The position numbers were made by a program, and so were the translations under genes. Source: an uncultured delta proteobacterium (GTDB lineage: Bacteria; Desulfobacterota; Binatia; DP-6). From it: 64,000 bases of DNA. Where the stretch lies: assembly GCA_963815115.1 (NCBI GenBank), contig CAWFFN010000008.1:782177-846176 (forward strand). The letters are read 5' to 3'. Of the stretch, positions 52,181 to 62,865 are shown in pieces (positions within the stretch are counted from its first letter, which is position 1; each line of letters begins with the position of its first letter). The notes under the pieces were generated by a model. It saw nothing but the letters and a program-made list of their open reading frames with translations. It was not told where the DNA came from and made no database searches.

Positions 52181-52226
52181 TTCACGACGCGAAGACCAGC
52201 GCGTTCTCGGGCGCGTCCCCACGGCA

Positions 52227-53127
52227 GTGAACGTGCGGCCCCGCTGGTACCCCGCCTACGCCTTCGTCGCCCCCGCGCTGGGGCTCCTCGCCGTCTTCTT
52301 CCTGCTGCCGACGCTGGCGGCCCTCGTCCTCTCCTTCACCGACTTCGACGTGTACGCGGTCGCCGACCTGCGGTCGGCTCCGGCTGGTCGGGATCGCCAA
52401 CTACGTCCGCCTGCTCCACGACGCGCGCTTCTGGACCGCGCTGCGGAACACCGTCTGGTTCGTGCTCGTGGCCGGCCCGGCGTCGATCGGGGTCTCCCTC
52501 GCCGCGGCTCTCCTCGTCGACGCGAAGGTCGTGCGCGGCCGCGCGATCTTCCGGACGATCCTCTTCCTGCCCGTCGTGACGACGCTGGTCGCGGTGGCGG
52601 TCGTGTGGCGCTACCTCTACCACCCGCGCTACGGGCTCCTGAACCAGCTCCTGGGCGCGGTCGGCATCCCACCCGTCGATTGGCTCGGCGATCCGGCCTG
52701 GGCGCTGCCCGCGCTCGCGCTGCTCGCCGTCTGGAAGAACTTCGGCTTCAACATGCTGATCTTCCTGGCGGGGCTGCAGGCCATTCCCGAACGCCTCTCC
52801 GAGGCGGCGCGGCTCGACGGGGCAGGCCGCTGGCAGGAGCTATGGCACGTGACCGTCCCCATGCTGGCGCCCACGTTCGTCTTCGTGGGCGTGATCACCA
52901 CGATCGGCTACCTCCAGCTGTTCGCCGAGCCATACGTGATGACCCAGGGCGGCCCGGCCAACAGCACGCTCAGCGTCGTGCTGCTCATGTACGAGGAGGG
53001 CTTCCGCTGGTGGAACCTGGGGTACGGGGCGGCGGTGGCGTTCGTGCTCTTCGCGCTGATTCTCGCCGTGTCGCTCCTTCAGCTCTGGCTCCAGCGCCGC
53101 GCGCTCGCCGGCGGGAGCGAGCGATGA
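52227..53127 (+). CDS. Sugar ABC transporter permease (frameshift near 52378)
   Basis: FVAPAL, FRTILFLPVVTTLVAVAVVW, VWKNFGFNMLIFLAGLQAIP, EAA motif EAARLDGA. Confidence 0.9.
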
Positions 53128-53946
53128 GGCGCCACCTCGAGGCCACTGGTGCTCCACGCCGTGCTCGCCGCTGCGGCGGCGCTGACGCTGCTGCCGCTCC
53201 TCTGGATGGTGTCGGCGTCGCTCATGCCGTCGGGCGAGGCGAGCGCCCTGCCGCTGCGCCTGTGGCCGAGCGCGCCGACCCTCGAGCACTACCGCGCGCT
53301 CTTCGCACGCCTCGACATCGGACGCCATGTGGCGATCAGCGCGGGCGTGGCGGCGGCGACGACCGTCATCGCGCTCGCCTGCAACACGCTCGCCGGCTAC
53401 GCCTTCGCGAAGCTGCCCTTCCCCGGGCGCGAGCGGACGTTCCGGCTGCTGCTCGGCGCGCTCGTCGTCCCCGGGCAGGTGGCGATGCTGCCGCTCTTCC
53501 TCCTCATGCGCGCGCTCGGCTGGATCGACACCTGGCTCGCGGTGATCGTGCCGGGGATGGCGAGCGTGTTCGGCATCTTCCTCGTCCGCCAGTACGCTCG
53601 CGGCATCCCCGACGGCATCCTGGACGCGGCGCGGGTGGACGGCGCGGGCGAGCTGCGCGTCTTCCGCTCGGTCGCCCTGCCGCTCATGACACCCATCCTC
53701 GTGACCCTCGCGCTCGTGACGTTCATGGGGTCGTGGAACGACTTCCTGTGGCCGCTGATCGTGCTCGCGGACGACCGCCGCTACACGCTGCCCGTGGCGC
53801 TCTCGAATCTCGTGGGCGAGCACGTGCAGGACACGGAGCTGGTGATGGCCGGCGCCGTGCTCACGGTGCTCCCCGTGGTGCTGCTGTTCCTGGTGCTCCA
53901 GCGCTGGTACGTGGCTGGCATCGCCAGCGGCGGCGTCAAGGAGTGA
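53124..53946 (+). CDS. Sugar ABC transporter permease 2 (probable frameshift near 53140)
   Basis: LAGYAFAKLPFPGR, DAARVDGAGE, WNDFLWPLIV, QRWYVAGIASGGVK. Confidence 0.9.
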
Positions 53947-53950
53947 GGAG

Positions 53951-56900
53951 GTGGGCCGCGCCGCCCCGGCCTTCCTCGCCGTGCTGGCGGCGTTGCTTGC
54001 GGGAGCCGTCTTCCCGGGGGCGGGCGTAGGAGCCCCCGAGACCGCTCCGGGAGGGTCCGTGCCGATCGACGACTTCGAGACCGCCAAGGACTGGACCGTC
54101 ACGAGCTCGCCCGGCACGACGGCGCAGCTCGTCTGGGAGCGGGACGACGCCGGGTCGGCGTTGCGCCTCGACTACGACCTGGCCAGTGGCTCGGGCTTCG
54201 TCATCCTGCGCAAGGAGGTGCGGCTCCCGTTGCCCGAGAACTTCGCCTTCACCTTCCGGCTGCGCGGCGAGGCGGCGCAGCGGCACCCTCGAGTTCAAGG
54301 TCGTCGACGCGGGCGGCAACGTCTGGTGGCGCCGCTGGCCGAGATTCGCCTTCCCGCTGGTCTGGCAGCAACTGGACGTGCGGCGCTCGCGACTGGCGCA
54401 CGCGTGGGGGCCCGGCGGCGACCTCGGGTCGCGGGAAGCGGTCGCCATCGAGATCGCGGTGAGCGGCGGCGGGTCCGGTCCGGGCACGCTCTGGATCGAC
54501 GATCTGGCGCTCGCGCCGCGCGAGCCGGTCAGCGCGGACGGCATCGTCCTGCACGTCGAGGCGTCGAGCTCCCAGCCCGGGTTCGAACCGGACCGCGCCG
54601 CGGATGCCTCGCCGGCGACGCGCTGGAAGAGCGAGCCGGTACCCGATCCGCAGTGGCTGACCCTCGATTTCGGCCAGAACCGCGAGTACGGCGGGCTCAT
54701 CATCGAGTGGGACCCGGAGGACTTCGCGGTGGCCTACGGGGTCGAGGTGTCGTCCGACGGCGCGACCTGGCAGCGGCTGTTCCACACCGAGACGGGCAAG
54801 GGCGGCCGCGCCTACGTCTACATGCCCGACGCCGAGTCACGCTTCGTGCGGCTCGTGCTGGAGAGGAGCAGTCGGGCGCAAGGCTTCGGCATCGCCGACA
54901 TCGCCGTCAAGCCGGTGCCGTTCTCGGAGTCGCCGAACGCCTTCTTCACCTGGATCGCCCACGACGCGCGGCCCGGACTCTATCCCAAGTACCTGCTCGG
55001 CACCCAGACGTACTGGACCGTGTCGGGCGTCGACGGCGGCAGGGAGGAGGCCCTCGTCAACGAGGAAGGCATGGTCGACATCGCCGCCGCCTTCTCGATC
55101 GAGCCCTTCCTCTACCGGCGCGGCAGGCTCCTCACCTGGCGCGACGTCGAGGTGTCGCAGGAGCTGGAGGACGGCGCGCTGCCGATGCCGACCGTGGTCT
55201 GGCGGAGCGACCGGCTCCGACTCCGGGTGACGGCATTCGCCGCGGGTCCGCCCGCGGAGCGGCACGCTCTTCCTGCGCTACCGGCTCGATCACGAGCCCG
55301 GTGGGGGCCGTCCCGAGCGGGTTCGACTCTTCCTGGCGATCCGGCCCTTCCAGGTCCTGCCGCCCTGGCAGTCGCTCAGGGTGCAGGGCGGCGTGGCGCA
55401 GATCCGCGAGCTGCGCTTCGACGGGCGCGCCGTGTGGGTCGACCGCACGCGTGCGGTCGTGCCCCTGACCCCGCCGGCGGCCTTCGGCGCCGCCACGTTC
55501 GAGGACGGCGCGATCACCGAGTTCCTCGAGAACGGCGTGCTGCCCGACGAGCGCGAGGTGATCGACCCGTTCGGGTTCGCATCGGGCGCGCTCGACTTCG
55601 ACCTCCGGGTCGTTCCCGGACAGACCCGCGAGGTCACGGTCGCGGTGCCGTTCCACGGGAGCGCCGCCGAGACCCTGCCGGAGGCCGACCCGGCGCGCGT
55701 CGCCGCGCAGTACGACACGGTGCGCCGGCAGTGGACGCGGGCCCTCGACCGGGTCGACCTGCAGTTGCCCCCGGAGGCCGCGGCGATCGAGCAGACGCTC
55801 CGCTCGACGATCGGCTACATCCTGACGAACCGCGACGGCCCCGCGCTGGAGCCCGGCCCGCGTACCTACGCGCGCTCCTGGATCCGCGACGGCGCCATGG
55901 AAGCCGAGGCGCTGCTGCAGATGGGCCACTCGCAGGAGGTGCGCGACTTCCTGCGCTGGTACGCGGGCTATCAGGCCTTCGACGGAAGCATCCCGTGCTG
56001 CGTCGACGGCCGCGGCGCCGACTGGACGCCCGAGCACGACAGCATCGGCGCCTTCGTCTATGCGCTGGCCGAGTACTATCGCTACACCCGCGACGCCGGC
56101 TTCGTGCACGAGCTGTGGCCGAACGTGGTGCGCGCCGTCGACCGGCTGATCGCCCTGCGCGCCGAGCGCATGACCCCGAGGTACGGCGAGCCCGGGCAGG
56201 AGGCGTACTTCGGCCTCCTGCCCGAGTCGATCAGCCACGAGGGGTACTCGGGTCATCCCGGTGCACTCGTACTGGGACGACTTCTTCGCGCTGCGCGGGC
56301 TCAAGGATGCGGCCAGCCTCGCCGTCGTGGTCGGGGACGACGAGCACGCCGCCATGTATGCCGCGCTGCGGGACCAGTTCCGCGACACGCTCCTCGCCTC
56401 GCTCGCGCGCACCATGGCGCAGCACGACATCGACTACCTGCCCGGCTCGGTCGAGCTGGGCGACTTCGACCCCACCTCGACCAGCATCGCCATCGTGCCC
56501 GGCGGCGAGCTCGAGAGCCTGCCCGCGGCGGCGGTCCGGCGCACCTACGACCGCTACTGGGAGGAGATCGAGCTGCGCCGGCAAGGGCTGTGGCGCGGCG
56601 AGGCGTACTCGCCGTACGAGCTGCGCAACGTGGCGGCGTTCGTGCGCCTCGGCGAGCGCGCAGCGCGCGCTCGGGCTGCTCGACTACCTGATGACCGGCC
56701 GCCGGCCGGCCGCCTGGAACGAGTGGGCCGAGGTGGTGTGGCTCGACCGCGACCTGCCGCGCTTCATCGGCGACATGCCCCACACCTGGGTGGGCGCCGG
56801 GTTCGTGCAGGCCGTCCGCAACATGCTGGCCTACGAGCGCGAGGCCGACCAGGCACTGGTGGTGGGCGCGGGCCTCGATCCGGCGTGGGTGACGAGCCCC

Positions 56901-57180
56901 AGCGGCGTGGCGGTGCGCCGGCTGCCGACGCACTGGGGTATCCTCAACTTCTCCGTGCGCAGCGACGGACCCGATGTCGTCCGGGCGCGGATCTCCGGCG
57001 ATCTCGTCATCCCGCCCGGCGGGATCGTGCTCGCGTCTCCCTTCGATCGCCCGATCGCCGCAGCGACCGTGAACGGCGCGCCGGTGGCGCCTGTCGACGC
57101 CGGGCACGTGCGCGTGGACCGCAGCCCGGCCGACGTCGAGCTGCGGTACGCGCCCGCGACCCCCAGAGGGATCATCGTGA
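53951..57180 (+). CDS. Secreted discoidin (F5/8 type C) domain protein with putative (alpha/alpha)6 glycoside-hydrolase-like C-terminal domain; about 4-5 frameshifts
   Basis: Signal-like N-terminus; ATRWKS...QWLTLDFGQNREYGGLIIEW; GPRTYARSWIRDGA; GLLPESISHEGY/HSYWDDFFALRGL; WNEWAEVV; GDMPHTWV. Confidence 0.75.
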
Positions 57181-60100
57181 CGCTCCGCCGCCTTGGCGAG
57201 GCCACGCGCGAGCGGCTCGGCCGGCCGGACGATCCGGCGCCGCACGCGCGCCTGCTCTCGAACGGCAACTTCACCGTCCTGGTGACGGGCGCCGGAACCG
57301 GCTGCTCGTGGTGGGGCGACGTGGCGCTCACCGCATGGGCGGGCGATCGCGTCACCGACGCGGACGGCTTCAGCCTCTACCTGCGCGATCCGGACCGCGG
57401 CACGGTCTGGTCGCTCGGCTGGCAGCCCGTGCCCGGCCGTCCCGCGCGCTACGCGGTGGAGCACCGCCCGGGCGTGCTGGCGATCTCCCGCCAGGACCAC
57501 GGTATCGAAGCGTCGCTCGAGGTGGCGGTGGTGCCCGAGGCCGACGTCGAGCTGCGCGTCGTGCGGGTGTGGAATCGCACGAACGTCGCGCGCCGGCTCG
57601 AGCTCACCACCTGCCTGGAGGTGGTCCTGCACGAGGCGGCCGCGCACGCCTCCCACCCGGCCTTCTCGAAGCTCTTCGTCGAGACGGCGTGGGACGAGGC
57701 GGTCGGAGCGCTGCTGGCCCACCGCCGGCCGCGCAGCTCCGGCGACCGCACGGGATGGATGGTCCACGCGCTCGCGGGTCCCGGCCCGCCGGAGCACGAG
57801 ACCGACCGCGCGCGCTTCGTCGGCCGCGGCCGGAGCCTGGCACGGCCGCGCGCGCTCGCGTCCAGGACACGCCTCTCCGGAACCGTGGGAAACGTGCTCG
57901 ATCCGGTGCTCGCGTTGCGGCGCACGGTGGAGCTGGCTCCGGGCGCCGGAGCCACGTTCGTCGCGGCGCTCGGCGCGGCGGCCGAGGTCGATGCCGCGCT
58001 CGCGCTCGCGGCGCGCTGGGCCGACGCGGACGCGGCGGCGGCGGCGCTCGCTCTGGCGGGAGCGCACGAGCGCGCACGCCGCACGCGGTTCGGCCTCGAC
58101 GACGCGACCGCCGAGGGGTTGCAAGCGCTCGCCGGCGCGCTGCTCTATCGTCACCCGGCGCTGCGGGCGGCGGCGTTGCGGATCGCCGGCGGCGTGGCCC
58201 CGGGGCCGGCGGCGGAGGCGGAGGTCGCGCTGGTCGCGGGCCGGCCCGCGCTCGTCGTCGACGCCGACGATGCGGAGGCCTGCGCGCTGCTGCCCGCGCT
58301 GGTGGCGGGCATGCCGTACTGGTGCGACCTGGGGCTTGCGCCGTCGCTGCTCGTCGTTGGACACGATCCGGGGCACGATCCGGCCGCGCTCGAGGGCGAC
58401 GGCGTCCACGTCCTGCGGCGCGACGCGGTCGCGCCCGACGCGCTCGCGCGGCTCTGCGCGCTGGCAGCCGGCGGCATCGCGGGGCCGCTCGCCGCGCTCG
58501 CGGGCGAGGAGGGCCCCGCGTCCCCGGCACCGGTCGCCCGTCCCGTGGAGCTCGCGACGGGGCAGGCGGGGCCCCCGCCGGCGGGCCCCGGCGGCTTCAC
58601 GGCCGACGGGCGTGAGTACCGGCTGCGCCTCGACGCGCCGGGCGCGCGGCCTCCAATGCCGTGGGTGAACGTGCTCGCGAACGACACGGTCGGCTGCCTC
58701 GTCAGCGAGAGCGGCGCCGCCTGCACCTGGAGCCGCAACAGCCGCGAGCACCGTCTGACGCCGTGGTCGAACGATCCCGTGTGCGACCCGCACGACGAGG
58801 CGCTCTGGGTGCGCGACGAGGACGCCGGCGTCTTCTGGTCGCCGCTGCCGGGTCCCGTCCCGGCGGGCGCCCACGAGGTGGCGCACGGGTTCGGCTACAC
58901 GCGCTGGCGGCATCGGAGCCACGGGCTCGAGCAGACGGTGCGCGTGTTCGTCCCGACCGACGATCCGGTGCGCGTCGTGGCGGTCCGGCTCGAGAACCTG
59001 GAGCCACGGCCCCGCCGGCTCGCGCTGGTGTCGTACGCGCGGCTCGTCCTGGGCGCCGACCCGGCCGACGCGGCACGCGCGGTGACGACGGCGTGGGACG
59101 CGCAGCACGAGGCATTGCTCGCTCGCAACCCGCTCGCCGGCGACTTCGCCGACGGTCTCGTCTTCGCTGCCGTCGATCGCGCCGGCGTGCCGACGTCCAG
59201 CTTCACCGCCGACCGCGCCGCGTTCCTCGGCCGCGGCGGGTCGCCGGCGCGGCCGGCGGCGCTCTGCGCGGGCGGCGGCCTCGACGGCCGCACCGGCACG
59301 GGCCTCGAGCCCTGCGCGGCCCTGCAGCTCGACCTCGCGCTCGCGCCGGGGGAGGCGGTCGAGTGCGCCTTCCTGCTCGGCGAGGTGACCGATGCCGCGG
59401 CGCCGGGGCCGCTGCTCGCGCGCTGGCGCGCCCCGGGCGCGGTCGCGCTCGCCCTGGCCGAGGTGGAGGCGGCCTGGCGGCGGACACTCGAGGCCGATCC
59501 AGGTGGAGACGCCGGTGCGCGCGATCGACCTGATGGTGAACGGCTGGCTCCTCTACCAGGCGCTGGCGGCGCGGATGCGCGGACGCACCGGCTTCTACCA
59601 GTCGGGCGGCGCGTTCGGCTTCCGCGACCAGCTCCAGGACGCCACCGCGCTCGTCTACGCGCGGCCCGAGCTGACGCGCGCGCAGATCCTGCTGCACGCC
59701 GCGCACCAGTTCCCCGAGGGCGACGTGCTGCACTGGTGGCACCCGCCGCGAAGCCGCGGGATGCGCACGCGATTCTCCGACGACCTGCTCTGGCTGCCGT
59801 GGGTGGCGGCGTTCTACGTCGACGCCACCGGCGATCGGAGCGTGCTCGACGAGCCGGTCGGCTTCGTGGCGGCGGCCCCGCTCGCGCCGGGCGAGGACGA
59901 AGCGTATCTGCTCCCCGATCGCGCGCCGGAGACCGCGACCCTGTACGAGCACTGCGCCCGCGCCATCGACCGCTCGCTGACGCGCGGCGCGCACGGCCTG
60001 CCGCTGATCGGCACCGGCGACTGGAACGACGGCATGAATCGCGTCGGGAGCGAGGGACGGGGCGAGAGCGTGTGGCTGGGATTCTTCCTGCACCAGGTCC

Positions 60101-60998
60101 TGGGCGCCTTCGTCCCGCTCGCCGTGGCACGCGGCGAGCGCGAGCGGGTCGAGCGATGGCGCGGGTACCGGGCAGCGCTCGGCCCGGCGCTCGAGGACGC
60201 CTGGGACGGCGCCTGGTACCGTCGTGCCTACTACGACGACGGCACGCCGCTCGGCTCGGCCGCCGCACGACGAGTGCCGCATCGACGTCCTGGCGCAGGC
60301 CTGGGCCGTGCTCTCGGGCGCGGTGTCGCGCGCGCGCGCGGCCGAGGCGATGGAGGCGGTCGTGCGCGAGCTGGTCGACGAGGACGCCGGCCTCGTGCGG
60401 CTGCTCGCGCCGCCGTTCGACCGCACCCCGCACGACCCCGGCTACATCAAGGGGTACGTGCCCGGCATCCGCGAGAACGGCGGACAGTACACGCACGCGG
60501 CGTGCTGGGCGGTGCGCGCGATGGCCGAGCTCGGCTGGCGCGACCGTGCGGCGCGGCTCCTCGAGCGGCTCACGCCGGTGTGGCACGGCGCGCGCGCCGG
60601 GGTCTACGCGGTCGAGCCCTACGTCGTCGCCGCCGACATCTACGGCGTGCCGCCGCACGTCGGCCGCGGCGGCTGGACCTGGTACACGGGCTCGGCGGCC
60701 TGGCTGTACCGGCGTGGCGCTGGAGTCGGTGCTGGGCGTGACGCTCGAGGGCGGCACGACGCTGCGCGTGCGTCCCTGCGTGCCCGACGACTGGCCCGGC
60801 TACACGGTGCGGCTGCGGCGGCCGGACGGCAGCACCTGGACGATCGAGGTACGGAACCCGGACGGGTGCTCGGAGGCCGTGCGCGCGGTGCGGGTCGACG
60901 ACGCCGCGGGCACGGTGGAGGACGCCGCGGCGCGGGTGGCACTCGCCGCCGACGGCCGTGCACACCGCGTGACGGTGACGCTGGGCCGGCGCGCCTGA
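57177..60998 (+). CDS. GH94 glycoside phosphorylase resembling the C-terminal phosphorylase part of cyclic beta-1,2-glucan synthase (NdvB/Cgs); about 3 frameshifts
   Basis: Two GT36-type N-domains ([15 protein letters not shown]; [11 protein letters not shown]; [11 protein letters not shown]; [10 protein letters not shown]; [14 protein letters not shown]); [16 protein letters not shown]; [13 protein letters not shown]; [15 protein letters not shown]; [14 protein letters not shown]. Confidence 0.88.
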   Translation: MTLRRLGEATRERLGRPDDPAPHARLLSNGNFTVLVTGAGTGCSWWGDVALTAWAGDRVTDADGFSLYLRDPDRGTVWSLGWQPVPGRPARYAVEHRPGVLAISRQDHGIEASLEVAVVPEADVELRVVRVWNRTNVARRLELTTCLEVVLHEAAAHASHPAFSKLFVETAWDEAVGALLAHRRPRSSGDRTGWMVHALAGPGPPEHETDRARFVGRGRSLARPRALASRTRLSGTVGNVLDPVLALRRTVELAPGAGATFVAALGAAAEVDAALALAARWADADAAAAALALAGAHERARRTRFGLDDATAEGLQALAGALLYRHPALRAAALRIAGGVAPGPAAEAEVALVAGRPALVVDADDAEACALLPALVAGMPYWCDLGLAPSLLVVGHDPGHDPAALEGDGVHVLRRDAVAPDALARLCALAAGGIAGPLAALAGEEGPASPAPVARPVELATGQAGPPPAGPGGFTADGREYRLRLDAPGARPPMPWVNVLANDTVGCLVSESGAACTWSRNSREHRLTPWSNDPVCDPHDEALWVRDEDAGVFWSPLPGPVPAGAHEVAHGFGYTRWRHRSHGLEQTVRVFVPTDDPVRVVAVRLENLEPRPRRLALVSYARLVLGADPADAARAVTTAWDAQHEALLARNPLAGDFADGLVFAAVDRAGVPTSSFTADRAAFLGRGGSPARPAALCAGGGLDGRTGTGLEPCAALQLDLALAPGEAVECAFLLGEVTDAAAPGPLLARWRAPGAVALALAEVEAAWRRTLEADPGGDAGARDRPDGERLAPLPGAGGADARTHRLLPVGRRVRLPRPAPGRHRARLRAARADARADPAARRAPVPRGRRAALVAPAAKPRDAHAILRRPALAAVGGGVLRRRHRRSERARRAGRLRGGGPARAGRGRSVSAPRSRAGDRDPVRALRPRHRPLADARRARPAADRHRRLERRHESRRERGTGRERVAGILPAPGPGRLRPARRGTRRARAGRAMARVPGSARPGARGRLGRRLVPSCLLRRRHAARLGRRTTSAASTSWRRPGPCSRARCRARARPRRWRRSCASWSTRTPASCGCSRRRSTAPRTTPATSRGTCPASARTADSTRTRRAGRCARWPSSAGATVRRGSSSGSRRCGTARAPGSTRSSPTSSPPTSTACRRTSAAAAGPGTRARRPGCTGVALESVLGVTLEGGTTLRVRPCVPDDWPGYTVRLRRPDGSTWTIEVRNPDGCSEAVRAVRVDDAAGTVEDAAARVALAADGRAHRVTVTLGRRA

Positions 60999-61080
60999 GC
61001 GAGCGGGCTCGCAACAACGTGCCCGTGCGACTACTTCGGACGGACCCACGATCATCAGCGGGTGGCCAGGAGGCATCGAC

Positions 61081-62826
61081 ATGACACGCATCGACGGTGG
61101 AGAGCTCCTGACCCGCACGCTCGTGCGCCATGGCGTGCGCGAGGTGTTCACGCTGCATGGCGGCCACCTGGACGCGGCCTACCAGGCGCCGAGCGGCCGC
61201 GAGCTGCGCTGGATCGACACGCGCCACGAGCAGGCCGCGGGCCACGCGGCGGACGGCTGGGCGCGTACCACCGGACGCGTGGGCGTGGCGATGGTGACCG
61301 CAGGGCCCGGCGTGACGGACGTCGTCACCGCCGTCGCCAACGCCTACCTCGACTGCATCCCGACACTCTTCCTCGCGGGCGCCGCGCCGATGCGCGACGC
61401 CGAGACCCTGCCGCTCCAGGGCGGCTTCGACCAGGTGGACCTCATGCGCCCCATCACCAAGTGGGCACATCGCATCACTCATACGGAGCGCATCCCCGAC
61501 CTCGTGGCGCAGGGGCTGCGCACGGCGACCACCGGCCGCCCGGGCCCGGTGTTTCTCGAGCTTCCCATCGACGTGCTGTTCGCGCGGGTCGACGAGGAGC
61601 GGGTGACCTTCCCGGCGTTCCTGCGTCCCCAGTCGGCCCCGGCGCCGACGTCCGAGGCGGTCGCGCAGCTGCTGGAGCTGCTCACCACGGCCGAACGCCC
61701 GATCCTGCTCGCGGGCGGCGGAGCGTGGTTCTCGGGTGGTGCAGCCGAGCTGCTGGCGGTCGCCGAGCGCACGGGGAGTCCGGTCGTGACCAACGGCAAG
61801 GCGCACGGATTGGTGCCACCCGATCACCCGCTCTGTGGTGGCTCCGTCTCGACCCTGGCCGTCCTCCAGCAGGCCGGCACGCCGCCCGACCTCGTCGTCC
61901 TCCTCGGCGCGCGCCTGGGGCTCTTCACCGGCGGTCGCGACACCACGATGCTGCCGCGCGGCGTACGGATCGTCCAGGTCGACATCGCGGGCGAGGAGAT
62001 CGGACGCAACCGCGACGTGCATCTGGGGATCGTGGCCGATTGCCGGGAGGCGCTCCGCGCCGTCGCCGCGCTCGCGGCCCGGCAGCAGTGGCCCGCGCGC
62101 GCCGGGTGGCAGGCGGCGGTGCACGCGGCCCGCGGGCTGCCGGCGCAGCTCTTCGCGTCCGCGCTGACCGCGGACGTCCCTCCCATCCATCCGTTTCGGC
62201 TGGCGCACGAGGTCATCGAGGCGGCCGGGGCCGATGCCGTCGTCGTCGCCGACGGCGGCGAGACGGCGGCCTGGGTGGACATGGCGGCGCGCGTGCCGCG
62301 CGGCGGCCACTGGTTGTCACATGGCTACCTCGGCTGTCTCGGCACCGGCATGCCCTTCGCCATCGCTGCCAAGGTCGCGCACCCGGACCGACCCGTCGTC
62401 TGCGTCACCGGTGACGGATCGGTGGGGCTCAACTTCGCCGAGTTCGACACCATGGCGCGGCACGGGCTCGCCATCGTGACGGTCGTCAACAACGACCGGC
62501 AGTGGGGGATGTCGGCTCACGGTCAGGAGCTGATCTACGGTGCGGGCCGGCGCGTCGTCACCGACCTCGGTCCGACGCGCTACGACCTCGCCGCCGCCGG
62601 CTTCGGCTGCCACGCCGAGCACGTCGAGCGCCCGGAGGACCTGGCTCCGGCGCTCCGACGCGCCCTCGCGGCGGGCCGTCCGGCGTGCGTCAACGTCATG
62701 ACGGACCCGGCGGTGGTGTCACCCATGACGATCGCCATGGTGGGGGCGGCCGCGCCGGCGGGGGGACAGGGAACAGGGGGCGAGCGCGTCGTGCTGCCCT
62801 ACTACAAGGCGCTGGACGAGGGATGA
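61081..62826 (+). CDS. ThDP-dependent enzyme, benzaldehyde-lyase / acetolactate-synthase-like
   Basis: FTLHGGH, DTRHEQAAGHAADG, TAGPG, HGYLGCLG, ThDP motif GDGSVG...VNN; RBS AGGAGG. Confidence 0.9.
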   Translation: MTRIDGGELLTRTLVRHGVREVFTLHGGHLDAAYQAPSGRELRWIDTRHEQAAGHAADGWARTTGRVGVAMVTAGPGVTDVVTAVANAYLDCIPTLFLAGAAPMRDAETLPLQGGFDQVDLMRPITKWAHRITHTERIPDLVAQGLRTATTGRPGPVFLELPIDVLFARVDEERVTFPAFLRPQSAPAPTSEAVAQLLELLTTAERPILLAGGGAWFSGGAAELLAVAERTGSPVVTNGKAHGLVPPDHPLCGGSVSTLAVLQQAGTPPDLVVLLGARLGLFTGGRDTTMLPRGVRIVQVDIAGEEIGRNRDVHLGIVADCREALRAVAALAARQQWPARAGWQAAVHAARGLPAQLFASALTADVPPIHPFRLAHEVIEAAGADAVVVADGGETAAWVDMAARVPRGGHWLSHGYLGCLGTGMPFAIAAKVAHPDRPVVCVTGDGSVGLNFAEFDTMARHGLAIVTVVNNDRQWGMSAHGQELIYGAGRRVVTDLGPTRYDLAAAGFGCHAEHVERPEDLAPALRRALAAGRPACVNVMTDPAVVSPMTIAMVGAAAPAGGQGTGGERVVLPYYKALDEG

Positions 62827-62865
62827 TGCCGGCCGCGGCGCGGCCCTCACACCGACCGCCCGGGC

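Noticed and set aside
54186-60998. 2270-aa ORF as a giant novel protein
   Set aside because: It alternates real segments of the discoidin protein and GH94 with out-of-frame Arg/Ala/Pro-rich stretches, so it is a product of frameshifts
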